Source of the DNA: Macrostomum lignano
Taxonomy: Eukaryota
Length of the DNA stretch: 64,000 nucleotides
Direction: 5' to 3'
Assembly (NCBI GenBank): GCA_002269645.1
Contig: NIVC01003113.1
Location: 54,774 to 118,773, forward strand
The position numbers were made by a program, and so were the translations under genes. The notes beneath the pieces were generated by a model, which saw only the letters and a list, made by a program, of their open reading frames with translations, did not search any database and had not been told where the DNA came from. This document shows positions 1 through 12,340 of this stretch, piece after piece. Position 1 is the first letter of the stretch, and every line of letters begins with the position of its first letter.

Positions 1-300
1 CAGGAAAAGACTGCGCCGGCTTTCTCACCGACTTTGAAGTCGCAAGCATAAACGCCGTAATTGGGAGGTGGCCGCGATTTCCACCTCTAAACCCACGTGG
101 CTGCTTTTACCACTTGCCAATGCATTCTGCGTCGCGTCGCTTCCGGAGGACTGAAGTCAGCGAATGAAAATGATACTGAAGTACTCGTAAAAGCGACTGT
201 CAGGTGTCTGATGGCTCGCCCCTGATGTCGCTGGCTAGCGTGGAGGATGCTTTTCAGTTAGTCATGGCAGACATAACTGGTCATGCTTACTTAAATCTTG
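1..300 (+). mobile_element. Mutator/MULE transposase relic (catalytic-core fragment, runs off window start)
   Basis: Frame from nt 21 reads FLTDFEVASINAV...FP...RGCFYHL, then after shifts GGLKS..ND..VRCLMA..VEDAF. This matches the MULE pattern DFE.A..NA...FP...GC.FH and GL...Y..D...R.LMAL. Stops and frameshifts are present. Confidence 0.7.
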
Positions 301-1039
301 CCAGACACAGGCGGAGCTGCAAGAGTGTCGAAACAACGGACCTAACATAAGCAAAACAGCAAGGGTTTACAAAAGGAAATCGAGAGAGTGCCCGGGATGT
401 AAGCGGGCACTAGCGGCGACCAACATGGCGCGACACCATAGGAGGTGCGACGACGACGGTCCCTGAGAGCTGTGGGGTGAGGCATAACCTCTGCGAAGGA
501 CAATGGTCTTTCCTGAGCTCAATAGTAACATTCGGTTGCTATGCTTGGTTTAAAATCCAAGTAATATTTGCGTTTCATGTGTTTTTGCAAACATCGCCAA
601 AAGTGCTAGGGCCCGTTATCGAACCTTACAAATACGAGCTTATCTTGCATTTATATTTTTGTTTGCTATATATTTTATAGACACTCAACTTTTAAAGGAA
701 CTCACATCCTATAATGGCTTTATTGTTTCAGAGACATTTTACTTTTTTAAACCAGTGTTTCTATTAATATGCAGATTATGTCATTAAAAATTGTTTGGTA
801 TGTCATAGAAGTGTTGTAGACCTCTTTGCAATTCAAACTATGACATTGGTATTAAAGCTACAGTGCAAAGATTTTCATTAGACAAGGATGAGTTTAGACG
901 TTGGCTAGGTCACTAGGTGCCCTTTCAGCACAAGTTAAGGTAAGATTTTTTTTGTTATGAATGAATTACATATTTCCAAAAGAAAATCTCATAATATTAC
1001 CCTTATTCTATGTGGTAATGCTTGCTGATAAAATAAGAT

Positions 1040-2800
1040 GCTTTCAATGCAAAGGACAGAATACAAAATTGGGAAACATTTATTGGCCATGCAATGCATA
1101 ATCTACTACCCACAATGCCTAGTTGCGTACATTTCTTTTGCCATTTTTGGCTGGGCTGCATAGTTGTCGGTTTGCCACATACATCAATGCAGCTGGAGTT
1201 ATCGACAAGAATCGAGGGCAGCAGTTGCTGCTGTACGCCGCAGGGAGGAGCTGTTGTCGAAGAGAACGAAATAGTCTCTAGTGAAGACCATAGCAGCCAT
1301 TGGAAAAACATCCAGGCGTTCTGGGACGGCAAGAACAAGTTTCTGCGATGCAAGCTCGAGACCTGCAGGCAGCAGCCGGGCGAGCCAATCGGCCAGTGGT
1401 TTTCACCAGCGTCTGCGCAAAGCGGCGGAGCCGTGCGAGCTCGGGACTCTCAGAGACTCGCTGATTCGAGACAAAATCATCGCCTATGCGAGTCCGAGAG
1501 ACTTAGGAGACTTCTTGCAGACCAACAACATCTCCCTGGCAGATGTGCTCAAAAAAGGCTAGAGAATGAAAGAAGTCTCAGAGCAGCAGGCTACAGAAAT
1601 CGAAAGCGACAGACAGGAGAAACTGCATCAGTGTTCATCAAAGATAAAATCTCAGCTATGTCAAGGACTCACAGTCAATTTTCAATGATACTGACTCCTT
1701 AGACAGCTACAACTTAGTACGAGTCATTAATAATGCGTTACGCATATTGAGGACATTCTGTTGTCTGCTCGCATGATTTTCATTGGACATGAACGTGCTG
1801 GCTATCATGCAACAAGAGACATCCTGACAATGCCACATCCAGATACCCTGAAGAGCTATTTTGGTGGACTGGGCACAGTTGGACTGATGCTGACTTTCAG
1901 AAGCTACCTAGTTAAAGCAGTTACCTGCTGCCACACATTTTCGAAATTGTTGCTCTATTATATTTGATGAAGCGCATGTGCTGCCCTCACTTCGACTTCG
2001 TGGATGTCACATCATTGGCTATTCAGAGGACGAGCCAGCAAATTGGCGCACACAGTTCTGGCAAAAATGTTTAAAACCTTTACGAGCTATTGGGTACCAC
2101 ACGCTATGCTGCTGTTTCCATCTACAGTCTACAGCCAAACTTTTGTACAAACAAATTTCTGTTATTCATCAATGTGGTGGAGTAGTTGACAGTTTAGTCT
2201 GTGATAATCATTTTTTTCAAATCGTAATTGCTTTAAACTGTTCGATCCTGATTCTGCAACGCCATGGAAGACTGCTGATCTGACAGATTCTATGCAACCA
2301 CTATTTTTTGCTTATGGGACGTGCACGGTGCACCCTTAATTGATAAAATTCTCAATAATTGGCTTGAAACTGATTTTTAACTATCAGCGTGAACTTAGAT
2401 TTGTTGTGCTAAATGGAGTCACATTGTTGACATTGAAGTTCGCAGTCGATCACATATCATACGCTTAACTACATTGAATTCTGTTTCTGTTTAGTGTTGC
2501 CCACACCAACTTTGAGCGGAAAAAAGTAATGTGGGTCTGACAGCGTTCGCTAATAAACAATTAATGTCCATATCTTACGAATGTACTTCATAGAGTATAA
2601 AGCCAATTTTAGGCACTACATTGCCACAAAATATTCAATTCACTGCTTAGTTACCTGAGGGTCGCCTGGCTGATACACTGGATATTCCATGTGACGACGC
2701 CACAGTGGAATGTACCGACTAGCCTTGGTCAAAGCAATTGGCTTGGCTAGTACAGTTGGTCGCAAGCTGCTCATTGCTGAAGAGAAGAGCAAAACTCTGA
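1040..2800 (+). mobile_element. Degenerate P-element/THAP9-like transposase
   Basis: THAP-like W.TFIG...P..SCVHF at ~1065-1140. Core fragments: GYHATRDILTMPHPDTLKSY (~1800-1860), FDEAHVLPSL..IIGY (~1965-2030), LAHTVLAKMFK, GGVVDSLVCDN (~2175-2205) and HTNFERKKV (~2500). Multiple stops and frameshifts. Confidence 0.7.
1190..1620 (+). mobile_element. Ty3/gypsy-type gag fragment, frameshifted, nested in the P-like relic
   Basis: QQLLLYAAG, then RQQPGEPI.Q, then RLRKAAEPCELGTLRDSLIRDKII, across three frames. Fits the retrotransposon gag pattern Q..GE...F..RLR..A..C.F..L.D.LIRD.I. Confidence 0.6.
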
Positions 2801-3485
2801 GTTATTAACTATAAATTGTCTTACATGTTAAGGTCTTCATCATAGGACACACTACCTAAGATATAACCCATTACTATATGACTACAAAGGTCTTTGCATG
2901 CTGTCTATATTAAAAAAGAAATATAAAAGATCATTGAAAGTAAAGTAACTATCTATACCTATAAAAATGATGTCATGCATATAGCAGATGTTATTGCTTA
3001 AGGGGCCCACTCTGAATTTCCAAGTGCACTTGACATGAGAACAAAGTAATACATAATAACTAAAACAATACGAAATTGAATCGTTATAGACTTTTTACAC
3101 ATGGACTTAAACCCCTCACTTAAAACAAAATTATTGAATACATAATTTTACATACATATAGTATATTACTTGATATACTATATATATCAATATAATAGTC
3201 CGACTCATGAGTGCGCGCAGCGCACGAGTGAGCATAGGACTATTATCCTAAAGTCTCACTTACGAATAACCGCATTGTCGAATTTCAGTGGGGCCATAGA
3301 CAAAAAGGGCATCGAAAGGAGAGAGGGGTTACCGAGGAGAGAGAGACATAAAGACTGAGGTGGTTTACTGGAGTTTGGGCCATAGACAACGAAGTTGCAA
3401 ACAGGCTGGGGGTTAAGAGGGTGGAAAGGAAGGAGATGTGGAGAGAAAGAGAGAATAAAACGTAAATAGCTACATTCGCTTGGCC

Positions 3486-4978
3486 ATGGAGAACCAGACG
3501 TCATATCCGATCAACTGGGGCAATCTGCCTGTCGAAAGTTTAGCCAACGTATCTAGCAGCAAACTCAATTGGATCTCAAGACTTTCCACATCTCAGAAGG
3601 ACATGAAGGATAACGAAGACTTTTTGAACTTCTTGCACTTGCACCGGCCGAGGATAATGCTCCAGCTGAAGAGGATGGAGAGAATGAAACTGAGCCGAAA
3701 CGAGTTCCTTTGGATATGCAAGAGGCAATGACGAAAGATGAAATAGTGAGCCTACCAACCAAGACGCGAGAGCAGATGATTGCTCATGGTAACGGTTTTG
3801 TGCAGTTCCTTCGCGAACATGGAGCTGCTGTTCATGAATTGAGTCGTGTTGAGATGTGTGAGTTTCTTAGGTATTACTACTACCAATTGCGTCGCCATGA
3901 TGGCGGTCCATACTCGCCTGCAAGTCTTGTGTGCATCCGCGCCGGGATACAGCGCTTTCTGACTATGGTGGCTGGATTAACGATCAACATGATCGATGGT
4001 GAGGAATTCGTTCTAGCGAATAGAATGCTCCGAATGAAAGTCAGGGAATGGCACAACTCCGGCGGTCAGGCTCGATCATATCCGCCAATCGAGGAGGGTG
4101 ATATGGAGAAGCTACGGACGTATTTCGACAGATCAAGTGCAGAGACCACTCAGGATGAATTTCTATTTCGCGTTATGTACGGCCTAGGAGAACGAGGAAG
4201 GGAACATCTGGAGTCGATTGAATCCAAGAAGTGGTTGGTGAAGCGCGAAGACTCGGATGGAAGACCGTACTACGCATTGCCTGTACTGAATTCCAAAAAC
4301 AAGTCTGCCGATCCCAATCGAGCCAAGCGTGACATCGACGTAAAGCAGGCGAGAATCTACGATGTTGGAATTGTGGACGACTACATGGCTATATTACCAA
4401 CGGATACGAAGAACGACTCATTGTTTCCCAGGCCACTGAAGAATGCAGGAGGCACCAGACGATTTTGCTCGAAGCAGAAACGAGGGATAAATTACCTGAG
4501 GACTTTCATGAAGGCGCTGAGCAAAAAAGCGAAGCTGTCTAAGGAATACACCAATCATAGCATTCGGTGAGTCAGTTGGTCGGGGAAGTGCATGTGATGT
4601 TTTCAACTTATGTCTGATTGAGTCTAATTTACAGTTCAATTGCTCAATTGTTCTAGAGTTAGCAGAGTGTGTGACCTGGAATCGGCTGGGCATTCGATGA
4701 GCGAGATCATGGCTATCACGGGTCAAAAGTCCGAGAGCACGGTCCGGCGCTACCTGGCAGTTAAACGGGACAAGTCCCTGCAACAATGCAGCGATGCAGT
4801 GTCGCGTGCGTTGAACATGGGACAAAGCGCCGCGACCCACGGTCAAGTAACAATGCCTACTGACATCAGCATCCAAAGTTCCATCGTGCAAGCAGTGAGC
4901 GTGTCTGATGGTCGTCAGATGAACGGTCGGAATATCTTTATTATGAACAACTGCACTTTTAACAATTGCAATCTGTAA
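3486..4978 (+). CDS. Crypton-like (DUF3504-type) tyrosine recombinase, copy 1 (YR1)
   Basis: ATG at 3486. A -1 shift near 3635 joins MENQTSYPINWGNLPVESL... to the 3710-4570 ORF. A GT-AG intron at 4567-4656 (CG|gtgagt...ttctag|A) restores NHSIR-VSRVCDLESAG. Catalytic-type motifs: GERG (R), SKNK (K), NHSIR (HxxR), ITGQ (H replaced by Q), VRRY (Y). C-terminus is NNCTFNNCNL*. Confidence 0.85.
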
Positions 4979-5418
4979 TGGTCTTCGGCACTATGACAAT
5001 TGCGCCATATTGATACTGCACAATTAACTTTCCATAGCGCTAATCTTTTGTTGTTGGTGTTTGCTGTTTTGTTCTAAAAATAGGCGTCCATTATCCCGAG
5101 TTTGAAATCATTATCCTGAAGTTTAAGTGAAAAAATAAATAAATGTGCTCATGGTTTAACCATAGACGATTGCATTATCCTAAAGGCATTTTGAGCATTA
5201 TCAAAGCCTAAAACCATAGACACAATATTATTGTCTCATGATTTCTACACAAAATAGGCGTTTAATAATCTTTCATTATCAAACGGTTGATAATGCATGA
5301 CTAAATTTAGATACCGTCTATGGTAATTCGTCAGAAACTTTGGTCTTAAATGTTAGAAGTTACAGCGAAGACTTCTCAGTTTTTCATTTTAAGCCGTCTT
5401 CGCTTGCCTGCCTTAAAC

Positions 5419-6836
5419 ATGACCGCTACGCATCTTATCAATTGGTCTCATCTGCCGGTTGATAGTCTGGATGGCGTTTCATCAAGCGAATACTCATTCA
5501 TTGCTGAGCTGAGCAGTGACAATCACCGAGATGACAATCAGCTGGAGGACTTTATTAAATTCATTACCGATCATTCACGATCTGACGATGAACTGCTTGG
5601 TGTCGATCTGCCGGAATGTGAAGATGATGGAGCTTCTGTTGCTACTGATGTCATGGACAAGGCCGAGGTGGATTCTCTACCAAGATCGACCAAGGAGCAA
5701 ATGTTCCTTTATGGCAAAGCGTTTGCCAGCTACATGAGTGACTTGGGTCATCCTGTTGAAAGTCTTAAAACAATGGAGCCCAGTAGCCTCAACGAGCACC
5801 TGCGGTTCTACTACTTTCGGCTTTCTAAACCGAATGGAGAGTCGTACTCGCCATCTAGCTTGGTCTGCATTCGGGCCGGCATCCAGCGATTTTTTCACTT
5901 CATTATCAAGCGTGAACTCAACATCGTCGATGATCCTAACTTTGCTACTGCCAATCGCATGCTTCGAGTTAAGGTGCGGGATTTTCATTCTAAAGGCGGG
6001 AGCGTGAAGCGTTACGAACCGATAGAGCGCGCCGATCTAACCAAGTTGTCCAGTTACTTTGATCGCTCGACTGGAGAACGACTACAGGATGAAGTGATTT
6101 ACACTTTATTGTATGTCTTGGGAGAGCGCGGTCAAGAGCACCTCCAACACCTTCGTCAGAGAGACATACTCGTAGAAAAAGAAGACGGCGACGGCAAGAA
6201 GTATTACGAGCTACCTAACCTCAGAACCAAGAACCAGAGTGCCAATCCAGTCAAGGCCAAAGGTTTCAACACAAAGCAAGCGAGAATCTATGGCGGTCAG
6301 TATGAACTCATTAAGACCTACCTTCAAGTCCTGCCCAACGAAACCAAGGACAATTCGTTTTTTCCAAGACCGATGGCAAATAAAGAAGGACAGCTGCAGT
6401 TTTCAACTAAGCAGGTTCGTGGGATCAATTGGTTAGGATCGTTCATGACTCGATTAAGCACCCTGTGTGAGCTCAGCAAAAAGTATACAAACCATTGCAT
6501 TCGAGTAACTAGGACGGCTGATCTACACGAAGCTGGCTATACTCTGTCCGACATCATGAATATCACGGGACATCAATCTGAGTCGACAGTTCGGCGGTAT
6601 CTATCGAGGAAACGTGACCACACGCTGCGAGACATGGCTACGACTGTGGGGAAGCTTTGCAATCAAGTGAATCTCGTACGAACACAGAATTGGTTAGGAC
6701 TGATCAGCCATCTAACGCTGGATCGTCAAGCACGATGGACGTGAGTAACCAGAACATTACACTTAGTAGGCAGAACGTCTCAACTATCTTCACGGATTGT
6801 CATTTCTCTGGCTGCACTTTCAACTTGAATGGTTAG
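5419..6836 (+). CDS. Crypton-like (DUF3504-type) tyrosine recombinase, copy 2 (YR2)
   Basis: Intronless ORF 5350-6744, likely start ATG 5419. Full motif set: GERG, TKNQ, NHCIR, ITGH, VRRY. A -1 shift at the GGGG run 6648-6651 gives EALQSS...IFTDCHFSGCTFNLNG* (stop 6834-6836), which matches the YR1 C-terminus. Confidence 0.88.
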
Positions 6837-7368
6837 AGACATCTGCGTCATTGAGAATTGCAACTATAAACAACTAAAAACTGTAAACTGTTCATTGCTT
6901 AACCATTGAAGCTGATTTCTCGTTGATATGAAAAATAAACTCGCAGTTCCACCATAGTCTATGGTAGATGTTGAAAAGTTGGCGTTTGATAATCACAAAA
7001 TTACACAACGAGAAATAATAAGAGAAAGAATGTGACAATGAGGCCTTTTTCATATTTCTTTTTATTTCTTTATTTCTTTAGCTACTCAAGTCAGCTCTTA
7101 CTGTAGCTAAAAATCCAAAATCCTAACCATTGTCAATGTCTATGGTGTTCACCCATAGCAAACAAAATAAAAAGGATTAATAGTGCATCACAACAAAAAC
7201 AGCATAGCAGTAGTAGCCAATGCCTTGCAAAAGCAAAGACACTTAAGCAGCTAAAGCTAGAATAGAAGCTGATTCTGCTAGTTTAGTATTGCTTCCCTTG
7301 TATACATCATTTGTGGGAAATAATTTCAAAAAATGTTATATAAGACTATATACTGTTTAACTGTCACT

Positions 7369-7960
7369 AGTGTTCTGCTGTAGCTATGGCTATGGCTATG
7401 GGATCTTATGGCAAAAATGGTAAAATAGGTGCCTATGGTAGATAGCTGCTCTTATGGCTACCACTACAGAAATATGGTAGTTGTTGTCACATTCCATAGA
7501 TTCCTATAGCCATAGTTATTAATTTAAAAAAATATTAGAAACAGGTAAAGTAAAACAAAGATCCTTTGGTAAACTGTATTATAGACTTAGAAACTTATAA
7601 ATTATGCCTAATAAAGAACAATAAAACATTAGCAAACTCTAACTTTTATCAATGTGAGAAATTTCTGCATTAGTACTTTCAGTAGTGATTAGGTATTGTT
7701 ACTCTTTGTAAAAAGGATAAAATATAATCTTACAAAGGCAATTGAGTGTTTGTTTTATTTTCTACCTTAATTTGCAGTTGTTTAAGCACTAGGTTATCTT
7801 CTTGATTCAAAATATTTTGTTTCCTAGACTTTTTGTTAAAACTACGGCTATAGCAATGGGAAATAAGGGGATATGGTAATATTGGAGTCCCTATGGCTAC
7901 AGCCATAGTTTTGCTTATGGCTATGGCTATGGCATATTGACCCCCTTATAGCGGAACACT
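7369..7960. mobile_element. Decayed MITE-like element with terminal inverted repeats
   Basis: agtgttctgct at 7369 and agcggaacact at 7950-7960 are inverted with one C>T change. Internal GCTATG/CATAGC repeats occur near both ends. No TSD confirmed. Confidence 0.5.
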
Positions 7961-8979
7961 GTCACACTAGTCAAATCTATGATGGAGAAAAATGGCATGC
8001 TTCATGCCATGAAATTCCTAGATCTAGGACTGTCAGAATGCCATATGATTGGAAGAAGTCAACTGATCCAACTATCAGGGACCTTGTAGAGAAAATCATA
8101 GCAGTATCTTTAAAATAGGACCATGACTTTGAATTTTCTAAAGATCCTAATTGTGGTTCTAAAGCTAAAACCAATGAAGCATCTAAAGAGAGTACTAGGC
8201 TAGTTGATAATGAAGCTGCTACTGCAGCATTGACTATAGCATTGACTTGTGAAAGTACTATCCTAACGAATATGGGTGTCAAGTTCCATGACATTAAAAT
8301 TGTCAGTGTCAATGAGACTTGCAAGAGCCATGAGCCTATAACAATAACTACAAATCTATTAGTCATACCAGATGGCAATAGCAGCATGGACACTAGTATT
8401 ATATTTAATTCTCACCATCTTAAATCATTCATATCTATGCCATTTTTTGCATCACAATCTTTATTTATTTGAATAATATCAAGTTCAACCAATATACCAC
8501 TTGCAATCAGTGCTACATTCTAGGTTTATTTTTTGTATGCGAAGTGTGTGTTTGCATCCTAAATTTTCAAATTGCACCCTGAAATTAAAAAGTGGGTGCC
8601 ATTTAGGTGTGGTCTCATAACCTCTTTTTCCATTGAAGCCTCATTTGCATTGCCTTAAAATAAAAAAGAGAGAAATTGCATTTTGAGCCTTAAAATTGCA
8701 CTATGAAAGTAAGCAAATGAGTCTTTATGAAAGTATGAAAGTAATGAAAGTCTATATGAAAGTCTTTAGCAAAAAAACTTGGCTATATTCTAATAGCAGA
8801 GAGCTACAAAATACTAGCTAGATGAGAGCTGCAAATCTATGTAGATTTGTAGATATAGATATAGTAGATATAGCTATGTAGATATAGTTACAAAATACTA
8901 AACCAGTGTCTGCATTTGTTTATCAATCTGAATCTAACAAAAAAGCAATGCTAGTTCATGCTGCCTATATTACTGTAGA

Positions 8980-9140
8980 CCAGGGGTATAGGGAGGGGGA
9001 TAGAGGGGATATATCCCCTCGAAGAGCCTGACCAAAACTTTTTTGCTGCCCTTTGTTGCTATACATGCTACTATGTGACTCTGTCATAGCACTTTTACCT
9101 TGGTGTATCCCCCTGTAGGAAATTCCTGGCTATGCCCCTG
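8980..9140. mobile_element. Short CAGGGG..CCCCTG hairpin/MITE element, CpG-decayed
   Basis: caggggtatag at 8981 and cctggctatgcccctg at ~9125-9140 form decayed inverted ends, with an internal ggggatatatcccc palindrome. Confidence 0.5.
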
Positions 9141-12100
9141 CTGTTAGCATTATGCATATGCAAGCAGAGACTAGGACTCTTGTTTCTATATGGCAGACAG
9201 TTAATTCTATATGACATGCAAGTTATAGCAAGTGCAATAGCTACAATAAAAATGTATTCCCAATGTACCTAGAATGGAATATGATTAGCAAGCAAACCAA
9301 AGCAAACCTGACCTAATTATAAAAGAATTTTGGCTCCTATCTAAACTATCTAACAAAGTTGACCAAATGCTTAGATTATAGCAACAGTAGCAACATTGCC
9401 AAGTTTGTATTAAGCAGGCTATCATAACTTTAGCTATTACTATACTGCACTAATGGCAACAGAAATTGGCACAAGAGAAAGCAGTATAAAAGCCTATGAT
9501 ACTGAATGTACATTTATAAAGGTGAATATAGGATAAAGAAATAAATAAAAGACAGTAATCATATAGTCAGTAAATATATTTAATGACAATATACTTTTAC
9601 ATCATAGTATAATAGCATTGAAGTAAAAGCCTAAAAGTTGATTGCATGCATTATCATACTAAAATTAGCCTATTTATAATTAAATGCATGCACTAGGAAA
9701 AATGCTAGAAAACTGCTAGCTTTCTAATAACACTGTGGCAGAACACTGGCAGCAAACTTTTTTTGCCAAAAAATGCAATCAAAATATAATGACTTTTGGT
9801 TGAAAAATTAAGTTTTTTCATAGTAAAAAATTATTTTAAACAGACAACAAACTTATAGTAATTCAAAATTATGCTATATCAATGATCATAATTGTACTTT
9901 TTTGGAGAAGGGAAAGGGTAGAAACTGCATAGACATAGAAGTGAGTGCATGAGTTAGCAAAAATAGATAGATTATTGATATTATATGTTAAACTTGTTAG
10001 CTTAATGTAAGTCATCAGAGCTGCTTGCCTCAATACTAGTCTAAGCAAGGAAACTAAAGTATGAGGGCTGGCATTTGAGGCCACAAACCTCTAGCAAAAG
10101 TAGTTTCAACATGAAGGCTTCTAATTATAGAAGTAGTTATGTTGATCCCCAAAGTTGGCAAATAGTCCCAATGCAAAGACATGCATGGTATACCTATGTA
10201 CAAGGCCCCTCCCAACTACTCTATAAAATAGTTACCGATTAAGTGAACTTGAATTTATGCCAAAACTAAAACACAATTTTTGCTTTAATACTCATATTTT
10301 TCATAATATTTTACGCAAATATATTTTTCTTTAAATCTACATTAAATTTGAGCATAAATAGAAGTGTTTTCAGTGGAGGACAAGACAACCTTGCGCATCA
10401 AGGTTCCGCAATAAGTGATTGATAGCGAATAGTAAGAGTTCCAAGAAAATAAGAATTGAAGAAGTGCTTTCTGTGTTAATTCCTTTTACAAAGTAAGAGC
10501 AAAGTAGACTGAAGTGTATATAGTACATACTACTGAGAAGTAGCAGAATTGAGTAATAAGAATATATGAAGTAGATCTGAAGTGATATGTGTAAGAATAA
10601 CTGGAGGCTGTGACCCTCTGATCTTGGTAACACCCAAGGACTTGCAAAGTACATAAAATACATATACCAGTATAGCCAATAGACCACTCAGGCCAAAAGT
10701 ACAGTAAATGCTACCGGAATCAGAATAAATGCTACCAGAATAACAGAGGAATAAAATCTTTAAGGGCTAACAGTTTCCAAGAATAATACTCAGATAAATA
10801 CTCAGACTAAATACTAAGATATATACTCAGATCAATTCTAAGAAATGTTTATTGGATTTTTCTAAGATTGATAAACTCATAATTTATTAATAGGATAATC
10901 CTGGTGGCAGCTACCAACTTAACAAGAAAACTTAAAGATTAGTATAGGAAGCTAGCCCTAGAACAACTTTGGTGGCAGCATAAGGACTAGGCAGAGGCTA
11001 AGAATGAGGACTTTATAGGAAAGAGCCAAGAGGCCTAGCACACCTATATATAATATGTCTGCATTAGCACCAATATCTATTTATTCTGTGTCAGCACTAA
11101 ATGTATCTGCACTAGCTGCATCACCATGTGTCAATCATACATGCGCAACAGTTGGCTAAGTCGGCCAATCCAGCTGACCAATTTGGTGGCCAAACAAGAA
11201 ATTCGCAAAAATGCCCACCCAAAAAATACCAAAGTAGTAGTACTAAGTAGCTGACGAGGCATTTTGACTTCATAAGACAGTCATAGTTACTCCTGCCGTT
11301 TACCCAAAGTAGCGTTAATTTTGCTTTACGCTACTTACACTAGGTTTTTTTTACATGTAAGTCGCATTTTGGCCAAAAACTACGTCGCATTTTGTTAAAA
11401 CTAAGTCGCATGGCCGACTGAATTTTGAAGGTTGCACATGTATAGTGTCAATCCTGCCTATGTTGTTGCAAAACTTGCATCAGTAAAAGAAAAATTTGAA
11501 CCTAAATTTCACCCACTAAAGCTTGGAAGTAATTAAGCAAAAAGTTTTTCTAAAATCCACAGGAGCAAGGCAGGATAGAATTCATAACTAGAACAGCTCT
11601 TGCAATATAGGCCTATCATGGATGAGGTAGAATTATTTGTCAATTTTGATAAACTTTTAAAACAATTTACGTTACCTAGTCCAAGAGAGTTGAGAGATAG
11701 TGAATGCCTAGAATTTAAGGAACTTAAGGGATCCATAGGCAATAGATGCTCAAAAAAACAAGGGAAAGGGTCTTATCATTTTCAATGTACATCAGGGTAT
11801 ATCCCATCATATACAACACAGTAGATATATTGTGTCAAAAAATATTTTTGTATTAGTGCATAAAGCCAGCATACAAACAAGGTCTTGTCCTTTTTTTCTA
11901 ATATTAAGCCCAGTGTATATTAATACACAATTCTAACTATGGCATACCTAGATAGATAGAAATGTCTCATTTTTAGTACAAGCTGTATAGGATACCCTAT
12001 TAGTAGAACTTTTTATTGGGTAAATTTTTCCCTATAAAAAAATCTATTATAGTAATATCAAAATGGAGTTGGACAATAAATATTTTTAAAACATGGATTT

Positions 12101-12340
12101 AATACTTTGATACTAAGCTCATAAAGATGTCACAAATTTTAAAGAACTATTTGTGATTTTTCAATACTTCTAAAAGTTTATTTAACTGTCAAATTTAAGC
12201 TTGAGTAATGAGTAGGCCTAATTAAATTGCAAAAGATATAGTCATATAGATACATTTATGGTAAAAAATTGGACTAGGCCTATTGCTATTAATCAATAAA
12301 ACTTGACTTGGCATAATTCATGGAGAAAAGAAATATGCAT

